NCBI GenBank assembly: GCA_944319795.1
Contig: CALUFA010000004.1
Coordinates: forward strand, 17,193 to 81,192
Source of the DNA: an uncultured Prevotella sp.
Lineage (GTDB): Bacteria > Bacteroidota > Bacteroidia > Bacteroidales > Bacteroidaceae
Length of the DNA stretch: 64,000 nt
Direction: 5' to 3'
Below the pieces are notes generated by a model. It was not told the DNA's origin and made no database searches. It saw nothing but the letters and a program-made list of their open reading frames with translations. Position numbers and translations under genes: made by a program. The first letter of the stretch is position 1. The number at the start of each line of letters is the position of its first letter. Below, piece after piece: positions 18,702 to 27,631 of the stretch.

Positions 18702-19237
18702 TCGCCACCTCCTTCCCCGCTTCGGGTTTCGCTTTCCATAATCCTTTGCGGATAATAAGCACGCACGGCCTCGCGCTGTTCAGGCGTACACAGGGCGTAA
18801 GCGCGGCCGTATTTCTTCAAGGCATAGCCGTTACGGACAATTTTATATGCCGCCACAATCTCGTTTTGGACGTCGAAATAAGCGTCGTATGGCGCGCTGC
18901 GGTCAACTTCCAAATTAATCATACGCTGCCGTCGGCCATTCTCCCTGCCGGCGAAAGCAACCACTTTAGCGCGCAAACGGCCAATGTCGTAAGCCTTGCC
19001 GTCTACGAACAGTCCGCCGTCCGCCGTTATCTTAAGCGACAACACGTTGCTCCGTTCCACGTCGACGGTCTCTTCCTGCCTTTCTTCGTCGTTGACCGGA
19101 GGCAGCATGCGGGCCAGCCCCTTATCGGTGTCCATCGACGTCATGATAAGGAAAAACACCAACAAGATGAACGATATGTCGGCAGTCGACGTTGTGTTGA
19201 GCTGCGGAACGGAACGTTTATTACGGCGTAGAATCAT
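18698..19237 (-). CDS. exbD: biopolymer transporter ExbD/TolR (second copy)
   Basis: 179 aa with LNTTSTADISFILLVFFLI. Confidence 0.85.
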   Translation of the reverse strand: MILRRNKRSVPQLNTTSTADISFILLVFFLIMTSMDTDKGLARMLPPVNDEERQEETVDVERSNVLSLKITADGGLFVDGKAYDIGRLRAKVVAFAGRENGRRQRMINLEVDRSAPYDAYFDVQNEIVAAYKIVRNGYALKKYGRAYALCTPEQREAVRAYYPQRIMESETRSGEGGGE

Positions 19238-19309
19238 GTTTGTAGTCGTTTTTCAACCTGAACCGGGCATTTTTCTTAACAGCAGGAATTTACGTTACGT
19301 CCACCAGGC

Positions 19310-19843
19310 TCAAGCCTTAAACTTCTTAAGTCTTATTTTCCTGTTGTATCCCGACACTCCGAACGCCACGCCAAGCACGGCCACGCCGAGCAGTACGAAC
19401 GACGTATTAATGAACATGTCGGTGGCTTTCAGCCAGAACGTGTCGGTGAACCTAACCCCGTTGACAAGCACAGGCTCTGACGAACCGAGAAGGAACGTAA
19501 CCGCCAGACACAGCACCAAGAGCGCCGCCGTGAACAAGGATATCCTCGCGGCGGGTATGTTGTTTACCACGGCCTGCGACTTGCCGCCCATCTTCGCGCC
19601 TGCCGCTACGGCGGCGACAGCAAGCACTACGGCGGCAGCCACCAGCACATACATGAACACGAGCACGAGGTCGGTAAGCCGTGGGGCGTTGAACTCGGGG
19701 TTGTCCTCGAACGGGACGTCGTATCCTACAAGGAAGAAAGCGCCGAACACCAACACTATCAGCACGACAAGCGCATAAAGCACGCGTGTCGACACTTGTT
19801 CGGCCGACAGCCCATTAATGCCGTGTAAGGATGATCGCGTCAT
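19310..19843 (-). CDS. hypothetical multi-pass membrane protein within the exbB-exbD operon
   Basis: 177 aa with about 4 hydrophobic segments. Overlaps the exbB stop by 4 bp. I recognise no family. Confidence 0.5.
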   Translation of the reverse strand: MTRSSLHGINGLSAEQVSTRVLYALVVLIVLVFGAFFLVGYDVPFEDNPEFNAPRLTDLVLVFMYVLVAAAVVLAVAAVAAGAKMGGKSQAVVNNIPAARISLFTAALLVLCLAVTFLLGSSEPVLVNGVRFTDTFWLKATDMFINTSFVLLGVAVLGVAFGVSGYNRKIRLKKFKA

Positions 19844-20721
19844 TTCGTCAACTTATATTTCATTATTATGTCCAGCAGGGTTATCGCCGATTCTTCCATC
19901 TGACTGGTGATATGCTCTATCTTGGAAAGGATGTAGTTGTAAAACACCTGCAATATAAGGGCGGCTATGAGTCCGAAGATGGTCGTTATGAGGGCCACTT
20001 TCATACCGGCCGCAACTATCGTAGGGCTGATGTCGCCGGCCTGTTGTATCTGCTCGAAAGCCATCACCATGCCTATCACCGTGCCGAGGAAGCCGAGCGA
20101 CGGGGCCATTGCGATGAACAACGTTATCCACGAGCAGCCCTTCTCTAAGTTCGCGGCCTGCACCGTTCCGTATGAAGTTATGCTGCGCTCGATGTCCTCC
20201 ATAGACTCGTCGATGCGCGAAAGCCCTTGGTAGCAGATTGAAGCCACCGGGCCACGCGTGTCGCGGCACGTCGTCTTTGCGCCTTCGATGTCGCCTTGCA
20301 TGATTTGGCTTTCGAGGTCGGCCATAAGTTTCTTGGCGTTGATCTCCGACAAAGTGAGGTAGATTATGCGCTCGATGCAGAAAGCAAGCCCCAACACGAG
20401 GGCGAGGGCCACGAACGACATGAAGCCAGCGCTTCCCTCGATATACTTCGTCTTAAGCATCTTGTGGAATCCTACGCTCTCCACCGGAGCGAGCGTAGAG
20501 TCGGGCACTTCGGCCAAGTCGATGCCTGCAGAGTCGGCCAAAAGGGCTTCGTCCGTAGAATCCGCCGGCAATGAAGCGGCCGCTCCGCCCGTTGCCGCGG
20601 CGGTGGCAGCTTGTTCAGTCGCCACGGGAGCAGCCCCCCCGGCTTCCTGCGCTTGGGCGTAATGGCATTGAGTAAATAGAAGGAGCGTGATTGTCGCAAT
20701 CGTTGCAATCAAGTTGTTCAT
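19840..20721 (-). CDS. exbB: MotA/TolQ/ExbB proton-channel family protein
   Basis: The likely start is MNNLIATIA (ATG at 19-21 of 20719-20721). The longer ORF reaching 20793 runs into tRNA-Ser. The C-terminal half has the APSLGFLGTVIGM motif. Confidence 0.85.
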   Translation of the reverse strand: MNNLIATIATITLLLFTQCHYAQAQEAGGAAPVATEQAATAAATGGAAASLPADSTDEALLADSAGIDLAEVPDSTLAPVESVGFHKMLKTKYIEGSAGFMSFVALALVLGLAFCIERIIYLTLSEINAKKLMADLESQIMQGDIEGAKTTCRDTRGPVASICYQGLSRIDESMEDIERSITSYGTVQAANLEKGCSWITLFIAMAPSLGFLGTVIGMVMAFEQIQQAGDISPTIVAAGMKVALITTIFGLIAALILQVFYNYILSKIEHITSQMEESAITLLDIIMKYKLTK

Positions 20722-20746
20722 ATCCTTAAGGATTAAAAAAACGTTG

Positions 20747-20834
20747 CGGAAAGAGGGGGATTCGAACCCCCGATACGCTTTTGGCGTATACACGCTTTCC
20801 AGGCGTGCCTCTTAAGCCACTCGAGCATCTTTCC
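20747..20834 (-). tRNA. tRNA-Ser (anticodon GGA)
   Basis: Hand-folded. Acceptor GGAAAGA/TCTTTCC, anticodon stem CACGC/GCGTG with loop CTGGAAA, a long variable arm, and T-arm GGGGG-TTCGAAT-CCCCC. Confidence 0.85.
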
Positions 20835-20903
20835 TTGAACAGGCCCGACGTACCCGTCTGCAACCTGGCGCGGCGCGTATTCAACGCCGCTACATTTCCG
20901 ATG

Positions 20904-20977
20904 TGATCCCGTTGGGATTCAAACCCAAGACCTTCAGAACCGGAATCTGACGCTCTATTCAGCTAAGCTACGGGACC
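20904..20977 (-). tRNA. tRNA-Arg (anticodon CCG)
   Basis: Hand-folded. Acceptor GGTCCCG/CGGGATC, anticodon stem TCAGA/TCTGA with loop TTCCGGT, and T-arm TTGGG-TTTGAAT-CCCAA. Confidence 0.85.
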
Positions 20978-20996
20978 TTTTTCTCAAATCGTGGTG

Positions 20997-21004
20997 CAAA
21001 GGTA
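20997..21004 (-). promoter_or_regulatory. -7 box TACCTTTG (minus strand) upstream of tRNA-Arg
   Basis: caaaggta sits 20 nt upstream of the tRNA 5' end. Confidence 0.45.
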
Positions 21005-21031
21005 ATACTTTTTCCCTAATTTCAGCGTAGG

Positions 21032-21128
21032 AAATTAAGAATTAAGAGTTAAGAATTAAGAAAATATGCTCTTGTTTGCGGTTTCAGTGGCACATTTTCT
21101 TAATTCTTAACTCTTAATCCTTAATTTT
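21032..21128. repeat. Family B word hairpin (terminator position after tnaA)
   Basis: aattaagaattaagagttaagaattaagaaaat pairs with attttcttaattcttaactcttaatccttaatt, giving a stem of about 33 bp with 1 mismatch and a loop of about 30 nt. Confidence 0.75.
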
Positions 21129-21134
21129 CAACGC

Positions 21135-22508
21135 TTACAGTCTTTCAAGCTGTACGGTGAAGTGGCGCATGAGCGGAGCTTCCCAAGCAATCCTCACGCC
21201 GCGCGTTATCTGCTCGCGGCGGTCGTACACGTTCTTCAGCGCGGCGGCGATAACGGCCATGTGGTTGTCGGTGTAGACGCGGCGCGGGATGGCGAGGCGC
21301 AGCAGGTCGAGCCCGTTGAAGCGGTTCTCGTGGGTTACGGGGTCGCGGTCGGCCAACAGGTATCCTATCTCGCATCCGCGTATTCCGGCCTCGAGGTAAA
21401 GCTCTATGGTGAGCGTCTGGGCTGGGAATTCCTCCTTAGGTACGTGCGTGAGCACTTTCGTTGCGTCTACGAATATTGCGTGGCCGCCGGCCGGGCGCTG
21501 GTAAGGAATGCCGTACTCGTCGAGCAGGCGCGCGAGGTATTGCACTTGGCGGATGCGCGTCTCAAGGTTGTCGAACTCGGTGTTCTCGTCTAATCCGATG
21601 GCGAGCGCGTCCATGTCGCGGCCGTTCATTCCGCCGTAAGTCAGGTAGCCTTCAAACTGCACGCAGTATCCTTTCGCACCTTCGTACCAGTCTTGGCGCC
21701 GCGTTGCTATGAATCCGCCCATGTTCACTATGCCGTCTTTCTTGGCGCTCATGGTCATTCCGTCGGCCAGGGCGAACATCTCGCGGGCTATCTCCTTGAT
21801 CGTCTTGCCGGCATAGCCCTGCTCGCGCGTCTTTACGAAGTAGGCGTTCTCGGCGAAGCGGGCCGAGTCGAATATCACTGGCTTGCCGTACTTGTCGGCT
21901 ATGGCGCGCACTTGGCGCAGGTTTTCCATTGACACGGGCTGGCCTCCGGCCGTATTGTTGGTTACGGTCACTATAATAAAAGGTATGCGGTCGGCGTGTT
22001 CCTTAAGCGCGTTCTCGAGCTTCACGGGGTCGACGTTGCCCTTGAAGGGCACTTCAAGCTGCGTGTCCTTGGCCTCGTCTACGGTGCAGTCGAGCGCTAC
22101 GGCCTTGCGCCCCTCGATGTGTCCTTTCGTAGTGTCGAAGTGCGAGTTGCCGGGCACTATGTCGCCTTCGTGCACAAGGTACGAGAACAGCACGTTTTCG
22201 GCGGCGCGCCCCTGGTGGGTAGGTATCACGTAGTCGAAGCCGGTAATGCGCTTTATGGCGTCTTTCAGGCGGAAGAACGAGTCTGCGCCGGCGTAGCTCT
22301 CGTCGCCCGTCATCATGCCAGCCCACTGGCGGTCGCTCATGGCGCCCGTGCCGGAGTCGGTCAAAAGGTCGATGTACACCTGGTTGGCCCTTAGTTGAAA
22401 CACGTTGTAGTGAGCATCCTTTATCCATTGCTCGCGTTCCTCGCGCGTGCTTTTACGGATCGGCTCGACCATCTTTATTTTCCAAGATTCTGCAAATGGT
22501 AATTCCAT
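21135..22508 (-). CDS. tnaA: tryptophanase (beta-eliminating lyase family)
   Basis: The likely start is MELPFAESWKIKMVEP (ATG at 22506-22508). Contains a PLP-lysine context SAKKDGIVNMGG and DSGTGAMSDRQW. Confidence 0.85.
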   Translation of the reverse strand: MELPFAESWKIKMVEPIRKSTREEREQWIKDAHYNVFQLRANQVYIDLLTDSGTGAMSDRQWAGMMTGDESYAGADSFFRLKDAIKRITGFDYVIPTHQGRAAENVLFSYLVHEGDIVPGNSHFDTTKGHIEGRKAVALDCTVDEAKDTQLEVPFKGNVDPVKLENALKEHADRIPFIIVTVTNNTAGGQPVSMENLRQVRAIADKYGKPVIFDSARFAENAYFVKTREQGYAGKTIKEIAREMFALADGMTMSAKKDGIVNMGGFIATRRQDWYEGAKGYCVQFEGYLTYGGMNGRDMDALAIGLDENTEFDNLETRIRQVQYLARLLDEYGIPYQRPAGGHAIFVDATKVLTHVPKEEFPAQTLTIELYLEAGIRGCEIGYLLADRDPVTHENRFNGLDLLRLAIPRRVYTDNHMAVIAAALKNVYDRREQITRGVRIAWEAPLMRHFTVQLERL

Positions 22509-22535
22509 AGTCGTTAGGTTTATCAGTTTTCGTGC

Positions 22536-22543
22536 CAAAGTTA
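22536..22543 (-). promoter_or_regulatory. -7 box TAACTTTG (minus strand) upstream of tnaA
   Basis: caaagtta sits 28 nt upstream of the ATG at 22508. Confidence 0.5.
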
Positions 22544-22694
22544 CATAAAAATCCCGACTTCGCAATGCTTTTCGTGACTTTTTGTTAGTTTTGCATTTCC
22601 TAAGCACTAATTAACAGGCACGCCTCAACCGCCATTTACGGCAGGGCCGGCCGGCTGTAAAGGGCGCGCTTCGCCGCAAGCGGCATAACATACT

Positions 22695-22790
22695 GGTTAC
22701 CAATGCGTTGCAAAAGGCATCCTTTTACGTTGCAAAAGGTGGCCTTTCAGCGTGCAAAAGGCATCCTTTTAGAAAGCGAAAGGCCGCATA
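22695..22790. repeat. Family A nested-palindrome array (in the divergent tnaA/MATE promoter region)
   Basis: Sequence caatgcgttgcaaaaggcatccttttacgttgcaaaaggtggcctttcagcgtgcaaaaggcatccttttag. Confidence 0.7.
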
Positions 22791-22937
22791 CGGCAGCGGA
22801 GCCGGGGTCGGAGCCGCGCATACGGCGAGGCTTGCGCCCCCACGGGGGCACGCCGTGTAAGGCTCAGCACGGGGCACATTTTTGGATAAAAAGCCAAAAC
22901 GTTTTCGTTTTTACTTCGCTTAACCGAATTTTTGCAG

Positions 22938-22945
22938 TAACTTTG
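22938..22945 (+). promoter_or_regulatory. -7 box TAACTTTG upstream of the MATE gene
   Basis: Lies 22 nt before the ATG at 22967. Confidence 0.45.
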
Positions 22946-22966
22946 CACTCGAAACGAAAGATTAAT

Positions 22967-24346
22967 ATGGATAACAAACAGGCAACACTTGAACTTGGGA
23001 CGAAGCCGGTGGGCAAACTGCTGGCGCAATACGCCTTGCCCGCAATCGTGGCGATGACGGCTTCGTCGCTTTACAACATGATCGACAGTATCTTCATAGG
23101 GCAGGGCGTAGGGCCGCTGGCCATATCCGGCCTGGCCATCACCTTCCCCCTGATGAACCTCTCGGCGGCGTTCGGAGCCGCCGTGGGCATAGGCTCGTCG
23201 ACGTGCATCTCGGTGAAACTCGGACAGAAAGACTACGACGTGGCCGAGCACATCTTCGGCAACAGCTTCACGCTCAACCTCGTAGTCGGCATAGCCTTCG
23301 GACTGATAACGCTGTTGTTCCTCGACCCGATACTGTATTTCTTCGGCGCGAGCGAGAACACGATTCCCTACGCCCGCGACTACATGCTCGTAATACTGGC
23401 CGGCAACGTAGTGTCGCAGACGTTCCTCGGCATGAACGCCGTGCTGCGCGCGGCCAGCAAGCCCAAGCAGGCAATGGCCGCGACGATACTCACCGTGGTG
23501 CTCAACATCGTGCTCGCGCCCATATTCATCTGGCCCCTGAAGATGGGGATAATGGGTGCCGCGCTCGCCACAATCATATCGCAGGGCGTAGCCCTCGCGT
23601 GGCAGATAAAGCTGTTCAGCAACGATTCCGAGATACTCCACTTCAAGCGGGGCATCTACAAGCTGAAAAGCGACATAGTGAAAAACATCACGAGCATAGG
23701 CATGTCGCCCTTCGCAATGAACGTATGCGCGTGCGTGGTGGTGATATTCATCAACGCCGGACTGTCGAAATACGGCGGCGACCTCGCCGTAGGCGCCTAC
23801 GGCATAGCCAGCAAGGTGTCGTTCATCTTCGTAATGGTGACCATCGGCCTCAACCAGGGCATGCTGCCGATAGCCGGCTACAACTACGGCGCGCAGCGCT
23901 ACGACCGACTGATGAAGGTGCTCAAGTTAGCCATGATAACGGCCACGGTGATAACCACTACGGGATTCGCCATCGCCGAGTTCCTGCCCTACCAGTGCGC
24001 AAGGCTCTTCACGACGGACAAGACCCTGATCGACCTCGCCATCGAGGGCATCAGGATCCACATGCTGGCCTTCCCGATAGTGGGCGCGCAGATGGTGATA
24101 ACCAACTTCTTCCAGTGCATCGGTAAAGCCAAGATAAGCATATTCCTGTCGCTCTCGCGCCAGATGCTGTTCCTGCTGCCGCTGCTCGTCATACTGCCGC
24201 CCGTCATGAACGTTGACGGCGTGTGGACGGCCATGCCCGTTTCCGACGCTATCGCGGCCATTGTGGCAGTGGTGATGATGGCTAAGTATATGAAGAAATT
24301 CAAGGAATCCAGCAGACAAGTAAACCAGTTACAAGCAGACAAGTGA
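22967..24346 (+). CDS. MATE family efflux transporter
   Basis: The likely start is MDNKQATLELGTKPVGKLLAQYALPAIVAM. Has 12 transmembrane segments. The ORF-track start at 22703 lies in family A repeats. Confidence 0.9.
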   Translation: MDNKQATLELGTKPVGKLLAQYALPAIVAMTASSLYNMIDSIFIGQGVGPLAISGLAITFPLMNLSAAFGAAVGIGSSTCISVKLGQKDYDVAEHIFGNSFTLNLVVGIAFGLITLLFLDPILYFFGASENTIPYARDYMLVILAGNVVSQTFLGMNAVLRAASKPKQAMAATILTVVLNIVLAPIFIWPLKMGIMGAALATIISQGVALAWQIKLFSNDSEILHFKRGIYKLKSDIVKNITSIGMSPFAMNVCACVVVIFINAGLSKYGGDLAVGAYGIASKVSFIFVMVTIGLNQGMLPIAGYNYGAQRYDRLMKVLKLAMITATVITTTGFAIAEFLPYQCARLFTTDKTLIDLAIEGIRIHMLAFPIVGAQMVITNFFQCIGKAKISIFLSLSRQMLFLLPLLVILPPVMNVDGVWTAMPVSDAIAAIVAVVMMAKYMKKFKESSRQVNQLQADK

Positions 24347-24479
24347 CGAATGACAAATAAAAAGCAGACGGGTGACAAACAGGCAAACCGACAAACAGGC
24401 AATTATTAAGATTGACAAGCAGGCTACCGGCAAGGCAAATCTCCTTGTTTGCTTGTCTGCTCGTCACTTGTCTGCTTAT
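24311..24479. repeat. Family D word hairpin (CAGACAAG words, apex CAAGG-CAAATCT-CCTTG)
   Basis: The left arm overlaps the last codons of the MATE gene (..QADK*). The right arm is ccttgtttgcttgtctgctcgtcacttgtctgctt. Confidence 0.7.
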
Positions 24480-24505
24480 ACATTTTCCCGAAAAAGACAA
24501 CGCTT

Positions 24506-25138
24506 ATGGAAGACAAAAAGATAATAATCAACGTCGGAAGGCAGCTCGGCAGCGGCGGACTCGTAATAGCCAAGCGCCTGGCCGACGACCTCGGGTGCAA
24601 TTTCTACGACAAGGAGCTGCTCAACCTTGCCGCAAAGGAGAGCGGCTTCAGCGAGAAGTTTTTCGAGCAGAACGACGAGAAGAAAGGCTTCTTCCGCTCG
24701 TTGTTCCACATGCACGCCCCGTTCGTGTCGGACAGCAACTTCTACAACAACAAGCTGTCGCAGGAGAGTCTGTTCCAGTTTCAGAGCGACGCCATACGCA
24801 AGGCGGCCGAAGCCCACTCGTGCGTGTTCGTAGGCCGTTGCGCCGACTACGTGCTGCGCGACTTCAAGAACACCGTCAGCGTGTTCGTCACGGCCGACCT
24901 CGACGAGCGCATAGCTCGCGTCTGCAAGCGCCACGGTTGCAACGCCGACGAAGCGAAGAAGATAATCGAGAACAAGGAAGCCTCGCGCGCGTCCTATTAT
25001 AATTATTATACGGGCAAGGTGTGGGGCCACAGCACGTCTTACGACCTTTGCATAAACTCGAGCATACTCGGCATGGACGGCACCGTGGAATTCGTCAAGG
25101 AGTTCATCGGGAAGAAACTTTTTTCAGCAGACAAGTAA
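24506..25138 (+). CDS. cytidylate kinase-like family protein (P-loop NTPase)
   Basis: The likely start is MEDKKIIINVGRQLGSGGLVIAKRLA. Shows the Cytidylate_kin2-type pattern. Confidence 0.8.
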   Translation: MEDKKIIINVGRQLGSGGLVIAKRLADDLGCNFYDKELLNLAAKESGFSEKFFEQNDEKKGFFRSLFHMHAPFVSDSNFYNNKLSQESLFQFQSDAIRKAAEAHSCVFVGRCADYVLRDFKNTVSVFVTADLDERIARVCKRHGCNADEAKKIIENKEASRASYYNYYTGKVWGHSTSYDLCINSSILGMDGTVEFVKEFIGKKLFSADK

Positions 25139-25223
25139 ACAAGCAGACAAGCAGTCAGTGACAAGCAGACAAGTGACAAGGCAAATCTCCTTGTCTGCTT
25201 GTTTACTCGTCTGCTTGTCACTG
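25125..25223. repeat. Family D word hairpin
   Basis: Positions 25128-25199 are identical to 26098-26169 (72 nt). It has the same CAAGGCAAATCTCCTTG apex. Confidence 0.8.
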
Positions 25224-25233
25224 CAAAGTACTT

Positions 25234-25740
25234 ATGAAACGTATCGGCATAATCAGCGACACCCACGCTTACTGGGACGACAAGTACCTGCACTATTTCG
25301 AGCCGTGCGACGAGATATGGCACGCCGGCGACATAGGCTCAATGGAGGTTGCGGAGCGCTTAGCCGGGTTCCGCATGCTGCGCGCCGTCTGCGGCAACTG
25401 CGACGGCGGCGACCTGAGAATGATGTTTCCCGAGAAGCTGAGGTGGAAGTGCGAGGATGCAGACGTGCTGATGAAGCACATCGGCGGCTATCCCGGCAAC
25501 TACGACCCGAGCATCAGGGCGTCGATATACGCATCTCCTCCGCAACTCTTCATCAGCGGACATTCGCACATACTCAAGGTGAAATACGACAAGACGCTCA
25601 ACCTGCTGCACATAAATCCGGGCGCTGCCGGCCTTCAGGGATGGCACAAGGACCGCACGATAATAAGGCTTACGGTAGACGGCAACATGTTCAAGGACCT
25701 TGAAGTCGTAACGCTCGCCGACCCGAGAAAAGGCTGGTGA
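25234..25740 (+). CDS. metallophosphoesterase (YfcE/MJ0936 family)
   Basis: 168 aa with the IGIISDTHAY, WHAGDIGS and ISGHSH motifs. Confidence 0.85.
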   Translation: MKRIGIISDTHAYWDDKYLHYFEPCDEIWHAGDIGSMEVAERLAGFRMLRAVCGNCDGGDLRMMFPEKLRWKCEDADVLMKHIGGYPGNYDPSIRASIYASPPQLFISGHSHILKVKYDKTLNLLHINPGAAGLQGWHKDRTIIRLTVDGNMFKDLEVVTLADPRKGW

Positions 25741-25792
25741 CACAATTTTCCGGCAATAAACAAGTTATATAATAAAAGGACATTGTAACAAT

Positions 25793-26086
25793 ATGGACGC
25801 ACTGTCGCAAGAACTTCAGGACTTCCTGATACGCCTCGGGCAAAATCCGGGATGCGTAAGCGAAAAGGTGGAGCATTACGTAAAGCACATAATGCACCTC
25901 GTCTACGCCGACGACGAGGACATGTTGCAGCAGTATTACGGCTTGTTCGGCAACGACGTGAAGCCGCTTGAAGACATAGCGCGCGAACGGAAGGTAAGCA
26001 CCGACACGATGCTGAAGATAATCGAAGCCGACCTTCGCAAGATGGCAGTGTCGCCCGAGTGGCAAATGGTAAAACAACTGATATGA
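25793..26086 (+). CDS. small hypothetical protein, possible sigma-70 region-4-like HTH
   Basis: 97 aa. The segment LEDIARERKVSTDTMLKIIEADLRKM resembles a helix-turn-helix. No firm family assignment. Confidence 0.45.
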   Translation: MDALSQELQDFLIRLGQNPGCVSEKVEHYVKHIMHLVYADDEDMLQQYYGLFGNDVKPLEDIARERKVSTDTMLKIIEADLRKMAVSPEWQMVKQLI

Positions 26087-26087
26087 T

Positions 26088-26206
26088 AGCAGACGGGCAG
26101 ACAAGTAAACAAGCAGACAAGCAGTCAGTGACAAGCAGACAAGTGACAAGGCAAATCTCCTTGTCTGCTCGTCACTGGCTGCTTGTCTGCTGATTCCCTG
26201 TCTACT
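26088..26206. repeat. Family D word hairpin
   Basis: See 25125-25223. Begins directly after the stop codon. Confidence 0.8.
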
Positions 26207-26222
26207 TATAGAACATGAATAT

Positions 26223-27383
26223 ATGAAGAAAATATTATTGTTAGGCTCTGGAGAATTAGGCAAAGAGTTCGTGATAGCGGCGAAGCGCGCCGGCCAGTAC
26301 GTCGTGGCTTGCGACCGTTACGCCAACGCCCCGGCCATGCAAGTGGCCGACGAGTGCGAAGTTTTCAACATGCTTGACGGCGAGGCCCTTGCCTCCGTCG
26401 TTGAAAAACACCGTCCGGACATCATCGTTCCCGAGATAGAAGCAATCAGGACGGAGCGTCTCTTCGATTTCGAGAAGCAGGGCATACAGGTAGTTCCGAG
26501 TGCGCGCGCCGTCAACTTCACAATGAACCGCAAAGCCATACGCGACCTTGCGGCCAAGGAATTAGGACTTAAGACGGCGAAATATTTCTACGCCAAGACA
26601 CTCGACGAGTTGAAAGAGCATTCGCGCGAGATAGGTTTCCCGTGCGTGATAAAGCCCCTGATGTCGTCGTCGGGCCACGGACAGAGCGTCGTTAAGAGTG
26701 CCGACGAACTCGAGGCTGCGTTCAACGCCGCCATGGAAGGCAGCCGCGGCGACGTGAAGGAGATAATAATCGAAGAGTTCATCCGCTTCGACAGCGAGTT
26801 CACCCTTCTCACCGTAACGCAGAAGAACGGCCCTACGCTATTCTGTCCGCCTATCGGGCATGTGCAGAAAGGCGGCGACTACCGCGAGAGTTGGCAGCCC
26901 TTCGCCATCAGCGGGCACGATCTTAAGGAAGCGCAACGCATGGCCGAAGCCGTAACTACGGCGCTTACCGGCGCGGGGATATGGGGTGTGGAGTTCTTCC
27001 TCAGCCACGATAAGGGCGTAGTTTTCTCAGAGCTTTCACCCCGTCCGCACGACACCGGCATGGTTACTCTCGGCCATACGCTCAACCTCAACGAGTTCGA
27101 GCTGCACTTCCGGGCCGTCATGGGGCTGCCAATTCCTGCCGTACACCTCGAGCATGCAGGCGCAAGCGCAGTGGTATTGGCCAAAGAGGAAGCAGGCCAT
27201 GAGCCTGAATACAACATGGCGGACGTGCTCTCCGAAGATTACACGCGCCTTCGCATATTCGGCAAACAAGAGCAGCACGTAGGCCGCCGCATGGGCGTAG
27301 TGCTTTGCTACGGCGACGTCGATGCCGACACTACGCCGCTAAGGGATAAGGCGAAGCGCCTTGCCGCGACGGTGATCAAGTAA
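26223..27383 (+). CDS. purT: formate-dependent phosphoribosylglycinamide formyltransferase
   Basis: 386 aa. Begins [13 protein letters not shown], has an ATP-grasp fold, and has PurT-typical length. Confidence 0.9.
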   Translation: MKKILLLGSGELGKEFVIAAKRAGQYVVACDRYANAPAMQVADECEVFNMLDGEALASVVEKHRPDIIVPEIEAIRTERLFDFEKQGIQVVPSARAVNFTMNRKAIRDLAAKELGLKTAKYFYAKTLDELKEHSREIGFPCVIKPLMSSSGHGQSVVKSADELEAAFNAAMEGSRGDVKEIIIEEFIRFDSEFTLLTVTQKNGPTLFCPPIGHVQKGGDYRESWQPFAISGHDLKEAQRMAEAVTTALTGAGIWGVEFFLSHDKGVVFSELSPRPHDTGMVTLGHTLNLNEFELHFRAVMGLPIPAVHLEHAGASAVVLAKEEAGHEPEYNMADVLSEDYTRLRIFGKQEQHVGRRMGVVLCYGDVDADTTPLRDKAKRLAATVIK

Positions 27384-27625
27384 TACGGTTGTGCGGTTAT
27401 AAGGTTATTGGGTTATACGGTCAAAAAGGTCATGAGGTTGCGCGGTTATAAGTTGTACGCTATACCGTAAAACAAGAACCAACGTTAAACCATACAACAC
27501 TAAGACCGTATAATCCAATGAGATACATACACAATAACCGCACAATCTTAAAACCCTAAAAACAACAATTTTAAAAAAACGTACAACCGTATAAACCGAT
27601 AACCGCATAAACTTAAAACCTTAAA
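27383..27625. repeat. Family C word hairpin (ACGGTTATA / GCGGTTATA words vs TATAACCG words)
   Basis: The left half is acggttgtgcggttataaggttattgggttatacggtc... The right half is ...ataaccgcacaat...caaccgtataaaccgataaccgcataaac. Confidence 0.65.
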
Positions 27626-27631
27626 CATACG

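Noticed and set aside
19840-20793. ORF-track N-terminal extensions: exbB into tRNA-Ser; MATE from 22703; xpt from 45910; the OmpA-family gene to 42099; tnaA to 22607; lutA from 61857.
   Set aside because: The extensions translate repeat elements or a tRNA. Internal ATGs followed by signal peptides or conserved N-termini give the expected protein lengths.
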